A stretch of DNA of 64,000 nucleotides from an uncultured delta proteobacterium (lineage in GTDB: Bacteria; Desulfobacterota; Binatia; UBA9968), in assembly GCA_963760795.1 (NCBI GenBank), contig CAVXEP010000032.1:1-64000 (forward strand). The letters are read 5' to 3'. The notes below the pieces were generated by a model. It saw only the letters and a list, made by a program, of their open reading frames with translations, made no database searches and was not told where the DNA came from. Numbering within the stretch: the stretch's first letter is position 1; each line of letters starts with the position of its first letter. Below are positions 10,574 to 21,006 of this stretch, piece after piece. Both the position numbers and the translations under genes were made by a program.

Positions 10574-11602
10574 CTATTTCCCGCCCAGTAGTTTCTCCAT
10601 GCGCTGCACGACGTCAGGCGTCGCGGCCATGACTTCCTTGGCCAGCGCTTCAAGCTCGCTGCCGGGAGCCGGGTCCATCTCCAAGCGCCGTTTTTCCGCG
10701 GTCGCTAGGAGCGCCGGATCGTTCACCGACTTGTCGAAAGCATCGCGCAAAATCTTCAGCCGGTCCGCCGGAACCCCGGGAGCGACGACGAGCGGACGGC
10801 CAAACTCGCCGGCGGCCAGGACGACTTTAGCCAAGCTTCTGCCGCCGGCATTGGTCTTGTACTTATCCATTAATTCATAAATCGTCGGCGCGTCTTTGAG
10901 GCGGGGATCGCGCTTGATGCCGCTCTGCATCAGACTGTTGACGAAACCGCGCTTGCGCCAGGAAATGAACGGTTCGCGCGCGAAATAAGCGGTGATCGTG
11001 AAGGCGCGGCAGACGACCTCGCCGCGTTCGACAGCGATATCGACATCTTGGCCGGACTGATAGCCCAATACGATATCGAATTTCGTGCCGAGGGTTTCTT
11101 CCATCAGTTTCGGTAAGTAATAGCCGGTCGACGTGATGCCGTTGGAGCCGCACTTCGGCGCCGCCGATGCCGAACGGATATCGTCCATGGATTTGTACGG
11201 CGCGTCCGAGCGCATGTAGAGAACATGGTTCGACGTTACCGGATTGCCAACAAAACCGAACTTGGTCCAGTCGAATTTAGCTTCGGGTTTTTTCGTCAGC
11301 TGCTCGAAATAGAGCGCCGGGTAGATGGCGCCGATGGTCAAACCGTCCGGTTTGCTGACGTTATAAACTTGATTGGCGGCGATCATCGAGGCGGCGCCGG
11401 GAACATTCTGAATGATGATATTCGGGTTGCCGGGAATATATTTGGGCATGAACTCGGCAAGCATGCGGGGATATAAATCGTAGGCGTCGCCGGCCTTGGT
11501 GCCGACGACAATGGTGATGGTTTTCCCTTGATAGAACGGGGTCTGGGCATGGGCCGCTTGGCCCAGTAAGACAACGGATAAGAGCGCCAGTAATCTCAAC
11601 AT
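10574..11602 (-). CDS. TctC/Bug-family substrate-binding protein
   Basis: Signal peptide plus family motifs; close paralog of the 9464 gene. Confidence 0.88.
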   Translation of the reverse strand: MLRLLALLSVVLLGQAAHAQTPFYQGKTITIVVGTKAGDAYDLYPRMLAEFMPKYIPGNPNIIIQNVPGAASMIAANQVYNVSKPDGLTIGAIYPALYFEQLTKKPEAKFDWTKFGFVGNPVTSNHVLYMRSDAPYKSMDDIRSASAAPKCGSNGITSTGYYLPKLMEETLGTKFDIVLGYQSGQDVDIAVERGEVVCRAFTITAYFAREPFISWRKRGFVNSLMQSGIKRDPRLKDAPTIYELMDKYKTNAGGRSLAKVVLAAGEFGRPLVVAPGVPADRLKILRDAFDKSVNDPALLATAEKRRLEMDPAPGSELEALAKEVMAATPDVVQRMEKLLGGK

Positions 11603-11664
11603 ATAATCACAACCTCCTGAAGCATTTGGTGCACTGAAATTATCATCGATAGGGTTTTATTCAA

Positions 11665-12086
11665 CTAGTTGCCGAGCACTTTCTTCACCCGGGCGATCAC
11701 TTCCGGCGTTGTTCAAGAATGCGTTTGGCGAGTTTTTCGAGATTCTCACCGCTCTCGGGGTCGACGTCCATTCTTTGTTTGTGCGCTTCAGCGAGCAATT
11801 CCGGATCTTTTAAAGATTGAAGGCGTGGCGCAATGCCCGCACATGGTCCGGCGCGACGCGACGATGGACCCGGCGCCCGGCATGTTTTGCACGACGAAGC
11901 TCGGATGGCCGGGAATGTACTTGGGCATGTAGCGCGATAGTAACCTGGCCCAACGGTCGTAAAAGCCGCCGGTGGTGAAACCAACGACGGCTTTGATCTG
12001 TTTCCCTGATAGTAAGGCGATTGCGCCGGCAGGTGGGAAGTCCACGCGCCAACCAGAAAGAGCGCCAGGATGACGGCGGCTCTCAT
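11665..12086 (-). pseudogene. Internally deleted TctC remnant
   Basis: N-terminal part (GGFYDRWAR...QNMPGAGS) is joined near 11850 to the C-terminal part (KDPELLAEA...VKKVLGN); about 600 bp missing relative to paralogs. Confidence 0.75.
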
Positions 12087-12143
12087 GGATACTCCATTTT
12101 ATTCGGCCTGCACTTGGACGGCGATGATAGGGTTGGCGATGTT

Positions 12144-13270
12144 TTATTCAAGAATTTTTTTGACGCGTTTGAGAACAGCGGGCGGTTGGTTCATGACTCG
12201 TTTGGCCAGCGCTTGCAGTTGTTCACCGGTGACCGGCTCCATATCCATACGCGCTTTCTTCGCCTCGGCGATGAGTTCGGCATTGTGCATAGATTTGACG
12301 TAAGCCTCGCGCAGCATATTCACCCGGTCGAGCGGCGTGCCCGGTCCGGCCAGCATCGGGCGGCCAAAGTCGCCGCCGCGCAAAATCACATCGGCGACCC
12401 TGCGGCTCTCATCGGCGGTGTTTTCTTTGTCGAAGATTTCGTACAGCGTCGGCACCTCGGCGACGCGGGCATCGCGCTTCTCCGAGGTTTGCACGATATG
12501 CTGATCGAAGCCCTTCTTGTGCCAACTATCGAAGGGCTCGCGGCCGAAGTGCGGCGCGATGGTCATGCCGCGGCATGCACTTCGCCCTTCTCCACGGCAA
12601 TGTCGATCTCGCTGCCGCCGGCATAACCGAGGATGGTGTTGATCTTGATCCCAAGGGTGTCTTCGAGAACTCTCGCGATCAAGTAGTCCGCGCCGGCGGT
12701 GCCGGTGGCGCCGCATTTAGCGGGCTCGGCGAGCTTTCTCATGTCCTGGACTGATTTGAAGGGCGCGTCGGCGCGGGCGTAGAGAATGATGTCGCTTTTC
12801 TCCGGCGAGCCGATGAAATAGCCCTTAGTGATGTCGAAACGAACTTCTTTACGTCCGGCCAACTGATCGAGATAGACGCCGTAATTGGGCATGACCACAG
12901 TGAGCCCGTCGGCTTTGGCGACGCCGAAGACATGGTTCATTGCGATCATCGAGCCCGCGCCCGCCATGTTCTGAACGATGAAGCTGGGATTGCCCGGCAG
13001 GTAAAGCGGCATGAAGCGGGCGAGTAGGCGCGCCCAGCGATCGTAGAAACCGCCCGGCGTGAGGCCGACGATGATGCGGATGGTTTTGCCTTGATAAAAT
13101 GGCGTCTGTGCAGACGCCCGTTCAAGGTTCAAAGGGTTCAAAAGTTCAAGGGTCAGAATCAGAAACCCGAACAGAATCCGATTGAACCCTCGAACGCTTG
13201 AACCCTTGAACGGATTTTTCAGCGCATGAACTTTTGAACCATTGAACCGGGGTTTGAATTTATCAGTCAT
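12144..13270 (-). CDS. TctC/Bug-family protein, frameshift near 12580
   Basis: ORFs 12563-13270 and 12144-12716 join; leader overlaps family A repeat at 13120-13259. Confidence 0.8.
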
Positions 13271-13277
13271 AGGCGCC

Positions 13278-14368
13278 TCATTCCGACAACACTTTTTTAA
13301 CTCTCTCGGTCACTTCACGCGGTTGATTCAACAATTCCTTCATCAGCGCCTGGAGTTCTTCGCCGGGGTGTATTCCATATCCATTTGACTCTTTTTCGCT
13401 TCCTCGACGAGCCCCGGGTCGCGCATCGCGCTGGCATAGGCGGCGCGCATGATTTTGATGCGTTCGGGCGGATTGCCGGGGCCGGCGACCATGGGCCGGC
13501 CAAAATCGCCGCTCGCCAGAATCACCCGTGCGACACCGCGCATGACTTCGGGAGTTTTGAATTGATCCATCAGTTCGAACAGGGTCGGCGCGTCGCCCAT
13601 GCGCGGATCGCGCTTCGGGCCGCTCTGTAAGATATGTCGGTCGAAGCCGCGCTTATGCCAGCCGTCGAATGGTTCGCGGCCAAAGTGCGGCGGGATGTCC
13701 ATGCCGCGGCAAACGATCTCGCCACGTTCGACGGCGATGTCGATCTCGCTGCCGCCCTGGTAGCCGGTGACGGTGTTCATTTTGGCCTTGAATGCTTCGT
13801 CCATGATCCTGGCGAGCAGGTATCCGGTGCTCGCCGTCCCGGTGGAGCCGCACTTCGGCGGTTCCTTGGCGTTGATGATGTCGCCCAGGGTTTTGAACGG
13901 ACTGTCGGCTCGGAAGTAGAGCATGGTCGGAGCTTTTTCTTGAGTGCCGATGAATTCGAATTTTCTGACGTCGAACTTTACTTCACGCCGGCCAACCACT
14001 TGATCGAGATAGAGACTATTGATCGGCACCAGCAGCGTCAGGCCGTCGGCCTTGCTCAAGTTATAGACATAGTTGGCGGCGATCACCGAGCTTGCACCCG
14101 GCATGTTTTGCACGACAAAGGTGGGGTTGCCGGGGATGTATTTGGGCATATAGCGCGATAGTAACCTGGCCCAGCGGTCATAGAAGCCGCCCGGCGTGAA
14201 ACCGACGATGATGCGCACGGACTTGTCTTGATAAAAATTCGCTTGCGCGAATGTTGGTTCAAGGTTCAAAGGGTTTAACAGCGCAACGACGGAAAAGATT
14301 AGCGGTCCAACAACCTTGAACGTTTGAACATTTGAATGTTTGAACGGGTTTGTGAATTGGAATTTCAT
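13278..14368 (-). CDS. TctC/Bug-family protein, frameshift near 13360
   Basis: 341-aa ORF; C-terminus NQPREVTERVKKVLSE* lies in another frame; leader overlaps family A repeat at 14257-14349. Confidence 0.82.
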
Positions 14369-14375
14369 AATCGCC

Positions 14376-15435
14376 TCAATCCGTCAAAACTTTCTTGACC
14401 AGGTCGATCACCTCGCGCGGCTGGCTGATGATTTCAGTGATCTGTGCTTGAAGCTCTGTGCCGGCGGTATATTCCAAGTCCATCTGGCCCTTTTTCGCTT
14501 CCTCGATCAGGCCCGGGTCGCGCATCGCTCTGCCGTAAGCTTCGCGCAGCGCGTTGATCCGCTCCGGCGCTTACCCCCGGCCCCGCCATCATTGGCCGGC
14601 CCATTTCGCCGGCGGCCAGAATCACCCGGGTCAGACTGCGCATGATCGCCGGCGACTTGTATTGGTCCAGCAGTTCGAACAGCGTCGGCACCTCGGCCAA
14701 GCGCGCATCGCGCTTCGGCCCACCTTGAAAGATATGGCGGTCGAAGTTGCGCTTGTGCCAACCGTCGAAGGGCTCGCGGCCAAAGTGCGGCGGCACGTCC
14801 ATTTGCCGGCAAACCAGTTCGCCGCGCTCGACGGCCAGGTCGATTTCGCTGCCGCCCTGATAGCCGCTTATGCTGATGGTCTTGGCCTTGAATGCTTCGT
14901 TGAGCAGCTTCGACGTGGTATAGGCTGTGCTCGTCGTCCCGCTCGAGCCGCACTTGGGCGGCTCCTTGGCTTGAATGATGTCACCGAGCGACTTGATCGG
15001 GCTGTCGGCGCGAAAATACATCATCGTCGGGGTCTTTTCTTGGCTGCCGATATAGGCAAATTTGCGCAAATCGTACTTCACTTCGGGCCGGCCGACGAGC
15101 TGATCGAGGTGCAGGCTGTTGAGCGGCATGACCATTGTTAGTCCGTCGGGTTTGGCCAAGTGGTAAACATAGTTGGCCGCCACCACGGAGCCTGCGCCCG
15201 GCATGTTTTGCACGACGAAATTGGGATTGCCGGCAATGTACTTGGGAATGTAACGCGCCAGCAGCCGCGCCCAACGGTCGTAAAAGCCGCCGGGCGTTGC
15301 ACCGACGATGATGCGCACGGTCTTGCCGTTGTAGAAGCCGTCGATCTGGGCGCGCGCGCTATGGTTGCGAAGAAATTCACAGGCTGAGTCAGGCAAGTTA
15401 AAATCGATGATGACGTGGATTGTTCGGTGGATCAT
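14376..15435 (-). CDS. TctC/Bug-family protein, frameshifts near the C-terminus, leader garbled
   Basis: GGFYDRWAR, KPDGLT, PPHFGREPF; C-terminus VKKVLTD* in another frame. Confidence 0.78.
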
Positions 15436-15570
15436 TCATGGAGTAACCTCTCCGAACCGGCGGCGGATCAATATGGTCCCTCAGAAATACCGGACAAGAA
15501 CGGCGCCAGACAAACATGTTCGGCGCCGCGGGCGCGGCTGGTGAACGGCATGAGAACGAAATTCGGCCTG

Positions 15571-16067
15571 TTACGCGATGCCAAGCATGGTCAGCAAGCC
15601 GCCATCGGGGAACGGTAAAGTCAGCAGCCTGACAAACAGGGTATAGAAAAACACCCAGGAAAGCACCGTGAGTAAAATGGTCAGCTTCCAGGACTCGCCT
15701 GACTGAAATTTGATATAGCAAAACACCAACAGTGGAATCGCGATCGGATAACCGACCAGCCAAATAGCGAAGAAGAATCCGAGCATCCAGGAGAACATGA
15801 CGATGGTTCGATGTTTGACCAGCGCCGGGTCCATTTCCTTCTGGGCGGAGAACTGAAAGTCCATCGGCGCGCCGTCCGACGATTCCTTGGCCTTGACGCC
15901 CTTTGAGATCCAAAATAAATTGGACCATGCGCGAAGATCAGCATCGGAATGCCGATGGTAAACGGATAAAGGCGCGCTTGCATGCGCCAGTCTTGGGCTC
16001 CATACACGAATACGCAGAAGAAAATCAGCACGACTAGGCTAAACAATGCGGCCGGTCTAAGTTTCAA
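15571..16067 (-). CDS. TctB-family small membrane subunit, frameshift near 15930
   Basis: Four hydrophobic segments, QARLYP and LFVRLLTLPFPDG C-terminus typical of TctB. Confidence 0.7.
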
Positions 16068-16092
16068 GTTATACTCCCTGCTTTTAATGTTC

Positions 16093-17115
16093 TTATTGCC
16101 ATCCGTAAAGCCGCGCGGCGTTGTCGCGCATGATCTTGCCTTTTTGCGGTTCGCTAATGTCGTTTCTGCCCTTGACGGTTGCCGTCATATACGGAAAACC
16201 GCCATCCCAGTGAGGATAGTCGGAAGCGAACAAAATGACGTCTTCGCCGACCTTTTCCAAACAAAACGGCACCGTGCTCTCTTCCGGTTCGGCGGCAAAA
16301 AACCAATTGCCCGCGGTGATATACTCGCTGGGTTTTTTCTTGAGCAGCGGCGCTTCGGCTTGGCGCTTCTCCCATTCTTCGTCCATGCGGTCCATCCAAT
16401 AAGGCACCCAGCCGCAGCCGCATTCGAGAAAGGCGATGCGCAGTTTAGGAAACCGTTCCGGCACGCCGCCATAAACCAGCGCTGCGCAATCTAGCAAAGT
16501 TTCGAAGGGCCGTCCAATGGTATGGCGAAATAAGAAGGTGTCGAAGCGGATTTCGCCGGCCGGACCCTGGCGCGAGTTGTGCACCAGCAGGGGCACGTTC
16601 ATTTTTTCCAGCTGTTCGTAGATCGGCCAATACATCGGTTGGCCGAGATGTTCCTTCATGCCGAAGCTGCCGACGGTAATGCCGGCGAGGCCGAGCTCGC
16701 CGATGGCCCGCTGGGTTTCTTTGGCCGCGGCATCGACATCCTGAAACGGCACTAGGCCGACGCCTTTGAGTCTTGGGCTTTCGGCGCAGACGCTGGCGAT
16801 CCAATCGTTGTAACCGCGGCAGAAGGCGGCGGCGTAGTCTTTCTCGGGCAACTGGGTGACGCCGAAACCGCCGGTGGGAAACAGCACGGAGATATCGATA
16901 TGTTCGGTATCCATGTCACGCAGACGGGTCGGCACATCGGGAGATTTTGTGATCAGCTTGCCGTACATGCTGGCGTCCCAGACATCGCTGGGCAAAAGCG
17001 ATCCTTCGCGCCGGCAGTAGGGCTCAGGGATAAATTTGCGCAGATTGGCATCGCGGTCCAGGACATGACCATCGGCGTCGATGATGTTGACGTTGGCCAG
17101 ATTGACAGCGGACAT
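16093..17115 (-). CDS. Amidohydrolase family protein (Amidohydro_2)
   Basis: IIDADGH, FLECGCGW, FASDYPHWD; GGAGG upstream of ATG 17115. Confidence 0.88.
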   Translation of the reverse strand: MSAVNLANVNIIDADGHVLDRDANLRKFIPEPYCRREGSLLPSDVWDASMYGKLITKSPDVPTRLRDMDTEHIDISVLFPTGGFGVTQLPEKDYAAAFCRGYNDWIASVCAESPRLKGVGLVPFQDVDAAAKETQRAIGELGLAGITVGSFGMKEHLGQPMYWPIYEQLEKMNVPLLVHNSRQGPAGEIRFDTFLFRHTIGRPFETLLDCAALVYGGVPERFPKLRIAFLECGCGWVPYWMDRMDEEWEKRQAEAPLLKKKPSEYITAGNWFFAAEPEESTVPFCLEKVGEDVILFASDYPHWDGGFPYMTATVKGRNDISEPQKGKIMRDNAARLYGWQ

Positions 17116-17262
17116 AGGACCTCCAGAACTTGCGGCGACCGAGTGCGACGTTTCGATAGCTGATCGGATTAGCACAGGGGTGAATCGACGGTCAATGCTT
17201 GTTTAGTGTTTTTTTGTCCGAGCAAGCTATGATAAAGGGGCGGAGGGAGATTTCGTCGAGGC

Positions 17263-18459
17263 ATGAATTTTCATTTGTCAGCTGAAGAAGAGAGTTTGCG
17301 CCAAGCGGTCGCCGAGTTCGTGCATAGCGAACTGCTGCCGCTGGAGCCCGAGTTCGCCTATGCGCCGGATATCTTCGAGGGTAGCCGGTGGAAGAGCCGG
17401 GTGAAATCGAGCAGTGATCCGGAGATCAAACGTTACCTGGAGATCATGGAAGGGTTGGAGCAGCGTGCCGAGGCCAAGGGCTTGTGGCATTTGGACGTGC
17501 CCAAAGCCTATGGCGGCCTGGCAGTCAGCAACGTCGCCATGATCGCGGTTACCGAGGAGTTGGAGAAGAGCGCGATCCCGTTCGAGTTCGGCAATCATGT
17601 CTCGAACATCTTGTTCAGTTGCCAAGGCGAACAGATCGATAAGTATCTCTGGCCGTGCATTCGCGGCGAGAAAACTTCAGCTTTCGGCCTGAGCGAGCCG
17701 GCGTCGGGCGCGGACCCATCGATGATGCAGACCACGGCGACACCGGACGGCGACTATTTCGAGATCAATGGCACCAAGATGTTTCCGACCTTCGCCGATG
17801 TCGCTGACTTCGTCCAGTTATTCGCCCGCTTGCCGGGCACCAAAGGGCGCGAGGGCGTGACCTGTTTTCTCATTGACACCGGCACGCCGGGCTACCGGGT
17901 CGTGCGCAGCATCGCGACCATCGCCGGCACCGAGCCTTGCGAGTTGGTTTTTGCCGACTGCCGGGTGCACAAGTCGCAAGTGCTGGGCGCAGTGGGCAAC
18001 GGCTGGGCGCTCAATCAGGCCTGGCTTGGCGCGCGCCGTTTCCAAGTCGGTATTCACGCCCATGGCATGGCTCAGCGCGTGCTCAACGCCGTCGCCCAGG
18101 TGCTGCGCCAGGACGCTAAAGATGCCGAGAAATACAGCGGCACCATCGGTCATTTCTTAGGTGAATTGGCAGCGCTCAAGGCGCTCACCTACTCGGCTTC
18201 CTGGCGCGCCGACCAGAAACTGGACGTGCGCGTCGACGCCGCGAAAGTCAAGCTGTTCGGTACCGAGCTGGCGCATAAAGTTATCGACTTCGCGCTCGAA
18301 GCGGTGGGACCGTCGGCGCTGCGCAAAGAGCATGTGATCGCGCGCGCCTTCCGCCACGCGCGGGCGCGGCGCATCGTCGAAGGACCGTCGGAAGTGCAGC
18401 GCCATATCATTCAGCGCGAACTGTTTCGCCAGGGCGCGGGGCTGCTGGAGTTGGAGTGA
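17263..18459 (+). CDS. Acyl-CoA dehydrogenase family protein
   Basis: FGLSEPASGAD, INGTKMF, RIVEGPSEVQR. Confidence 0.88.
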   Translation: MNFHLSAEEESLRQAVAEFVHSELLPLEPEFAYAPDIFEGSRWKSRVKSSSDPEIKRYLEIMEGLEQRAEAKGLWHLDVPKAYGGLAVSNVAMIAVTEELEKSAIPFEFGNHVSNILFSCQGEQIDKYLWPCIRGEKTSAFGLSEPASGADPSMMQTTATPDGDYFEINGTKMFPTFADVADFVQLFARLPGTKGREGVTCFLIDTGTPGYRVVRSIATIAGTEPCELVFADCRVHKSQVLGAVGNGWALNQAWLGARRFQVGIHAHGMAQRVLNAVAQVLRQDAKDAEKYSGTIGHFLGELAALKALTYSASWRADQKLDVRVDAAKVKLFGTELAHKVIDFALEAVGPSALRKEHVIARAFRHARARRIVEGPSEVQRHIIQRELFRQGAGLLELE

Positions 18460-18473
18460 GAGTAGAAGAGGAA

Positions 18474-18597
18474 TTGGCCGCAAAGAACGCAAAGGGCGCA
18501 AAAAAACAAATCGGAAATGTAGGGGCAACCCCCTGTGGTTGCCCTTCTTACAAATAGATTCGAAACCTTCGTGTCCTTCGTGCCTTCGTGGTGAAGA
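18474..18597. repeat. Composite repeat: 9-nt-period GCCGCAAAG arm, GTAG-type REP (18519-18544) and CTTCGTG arm
   Basis: ggccgcaaagaacgcaaagggcgcaaa; gtaggggcaacc..ggttgccc; cttcgtgtccttcgtgccttcgtggtgaa. Confidence 0.8.
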
Positions 18598-18606
18598 ATT
18601 AATCTT

Positions 18607-19729
18607 ATGGACCTGCAACTAACTGAAGAAGAAAAGCTGATCAAAGAGACCGCGGCGCAGTTCGTCGACAAGGAACTGATCGCTCGCGAAGGCGTCTATT
18701 TGAAACAATCCCAGCCGTTCTTGCCGCCGGGGGCGCCGGAGCGGCGTGTGTCTCGATGCCAACGTCGCCGCCGAGCTCACCAAGAAAGCGCGCGACATCG
18801 GTCTGTGGGCTTTGGAACTGCCGGAATCCATGGGCGGGCCGGGCATGGGTCATGTCGCCCAGGTGTTGATTCACCGCGAGTTTGGCCGTTCGGTGTTGCC
18901 CTTCGCGCCGGTGGCGATTCCCGGATTCATGTTCGAGACCAAATATAGCGATGGCCTCGCCGCAGGCGAGCTGGCGCTGTCGCTGGCATTCGACGAAGCG
19001 CATAAGAGCGGCAGCTTGTCCCACCTGCACACGCTCTACCGCCAAGAGCCTGAAGGGGCGATCCTGCAAGATTGCCGCCTGGATGTGTACGCGCCCCAGG
19101 CCGATCTGTTTCTTTTCCCGGCGCGGGAGCAGGGCACGCAGCGTTTGGGCTTGTTCGTCATCGAGCGCGACGCGCCGGGGCTCAACATCCTAGACGAAGC
19201 CGACCTGACAACCGACGCGACCGTGGCCAGGCTGACGTTGACCCATTGCCGCATCGCCAACGAGCAACTGCTCGGCTACGAGTATGAAGCGGGCGCGATT
19301 ATCGCCGCCGAACAGCTACGTATCGCGGCACGATCGTTGGGCATCGGCATGCGTTGTCTGGCGGCGTCCATCGAGCATGCGAAAAATCGCGTGACCTTCG
19401 GCCGGCGCTTGGCGGAGCGCCAGGCGATTCAATGGATGCTCGCCGACCTGGCGATCGAGATTCGCACGTCGACTTGGCTGACCTTGGAAGCCGCCTGGTG
19501 CGCCGATAACGATCTGCCTTACTTCGACGAGGCGGCGCTGGCCAAGAAACGCGCCGCGCGCATGGCTTTCCAAGCCGCCGATAGCGCGATTCAGATTCAC
19601 GGCGGCTACGGCGTTTGCAAAGAGTTTCCCTTCGAGGGGTTTTATCGCGAGGCGCGATTGGCGCGGCTGCTCTATGGCCGCGAGGAAGAGCTGAATCGGG
19701 CGGTGGGGGAGAATTTCGTCAGGGGTTAA
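18607..19729 (+). CDS. Acyl-CoA dehydrogenase-like protein, frameshift near 18746
   Basis: MDLQLTEEEKLI N-terminus, RVTFGRRLAERQAIQWMLAD, QIHGGYG. Confidence 0.8.
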
Positions 19730-19755
19730 GGGTAAGGCGTAAGGCGATCAAGAGA

Positions 19756-19832
19756 ATTTTGGATTTCCGTCCGCGGGGCCGCTTCCCGCTGAAACGGTTT
19801 GAACTGCTTGAACGTTTTGAACGGCTTGAACC
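19756..19832. repeat. Half copies of family B and family A repeats
   Basis: aattttggatttccgtccgcggggccgc; tttgaactgcttgaacgttttgaacggcttgaac. Confidence 0.7.
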
Positions 19833-19854
19833 AGAGCGAAGAGAGGGAGAAAGC

Positions 19855-21006
19855 ATGAGACGTAAAAAGGTTTGTTTTGTCGGCTATGGGTCGACGGAAT
19901 ACTCGCGCAAATCGGAGGAGTCGCTGCTCGGCCAGTATGCCATCGCGATTCGCGCGGCGTTGAGTCAGACCGGGCTCAAGAAGAAAGACATCAACGGCTT
20001 GTCGGTGACGACGCAGGCGAGTCCCGACACAGCGCCCCACGTCGCCGAGCAGTTGGGCTTCGAGCTCGATTGGGTGCTCAACGCCGACTACGGCGGCGCC
20101 AGCGGCGTCGGCGCGGTGAGCCGGGCGGCGGATGCCATCGAATGCGGCCATCTCGATATCGCCTTGCTGCTGGCGGGCAACTCTTTCGACCGCAGCGTCG
20201 CCCATCAACGGCAGCTGGAGTATCAGCGCGGCAATTTCGTCGATGTCTACGGCTACGGCGGGCCCAATTCGCTGATGGCGTTGATCCAACGCTTGCACAT
20301 GGAGAACTTCGGCACGACCTTGGAGCAGGTCGGCAAGATCGCCGTGGCGCAGCGCTTCAACGCGATCAACAATCCGCAGGCGCTATTCCGCGAGCCCATG
20401 TCGATGGCGGATTATCTGAACTCGCGGATGATCTCCGATCCGGTGCGCTTGTTCGACTGCGTCATGCCTTGCTCCGGCGCGGAATGCATCATCCTGGCGT
20501 CCGAGGAAAAAGCCAGGCAGCTCACCGACAAGCTGGTTTATTTAGTCACCGACGCCGAGAAGATTCATTATCAGGTCGCCAATATGCTGCCGGAGAAAAC
20601 CACCTTCGGCATGAAACTGGTGGGCGAAAAGATTTTCACTGAAGTGAAGCGCGAGGATATCGACCTGTTCGAGATCTACGACGATTATCCGATCGCGGTG
20701 ATGATTCAGATCGAAGACTTCGGTTACTGCAAGAAAGGCGACGGCGGCAAGTTCGTCGACGCCCACGATCTCACCTACAAAGGCGACTTCCCGGTCAACA
20801 CCGGCGGCGGCGAATTATCGGTGGGACAAGCCGGGCTCGCCGGTGGCTTTCTCCACGTCGTCGAGGCCCTGCGCCAACTGCGCGGCGAAGCCGACGGCCA
20901 TCAAGTGGCGAAAGCCGAGCGCGCCCTGGTCACCGGCATCGGCTGGCTCAACTACGGGCGCAACCTCGGAACTACCAGCGCGCTGGTGATGGAAAGGAGA
21001 AAGTAA
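19855..21006 (+). CDS. Thiolase-like (SCP2/Ltp-type) protein
   Basis: GGASG, RLFDC, EIYDDY, PVNTGGGELS; followed by a DUF35 partner. Confidence 0.85.
   Translation: MRRKKVCFVGYGSTEYSRKSEESLLGQYAIAIRAALSQTGLKKKDINGLSVTTQASPDTAPHVAEQLGFELDWVLNADYGGASGVGAVSRAADAIECGHLDIALLLAGNSFDRSVAHQRQLEYQRGNFVDVYGYGGPNSLMALIQRLHMENFGTTLEQVGKIAVAQRFNAINNPQALFREPMSMADYLNSRMISDPVRLFDCVMPCSGAECIILASEEKARQLTDKLVYLVTDAEKIHYQVANMLPEKTTFGMKLVGEKIFTEVKREDIDLFEIYDDYPIAVMIQIEDFGYCKKGDGGKFVDAHDLTYKGDFPVNTGGGELSVGQAGLAGGFLHVVEALRQLRGEADGHQVAKAERALVTGIGWLNYGRNLGTTSALVMERRK

Noticed and set aside
50-14349. Family A or B repeats as a CRISPR array or integron attC sites
   Set aside because: Spacing is gene-length and irregular, repeats are degenerate, no cas or integrase gene is present, and I could not find properly ordered RYYYAAC...GTTRRRY cores.
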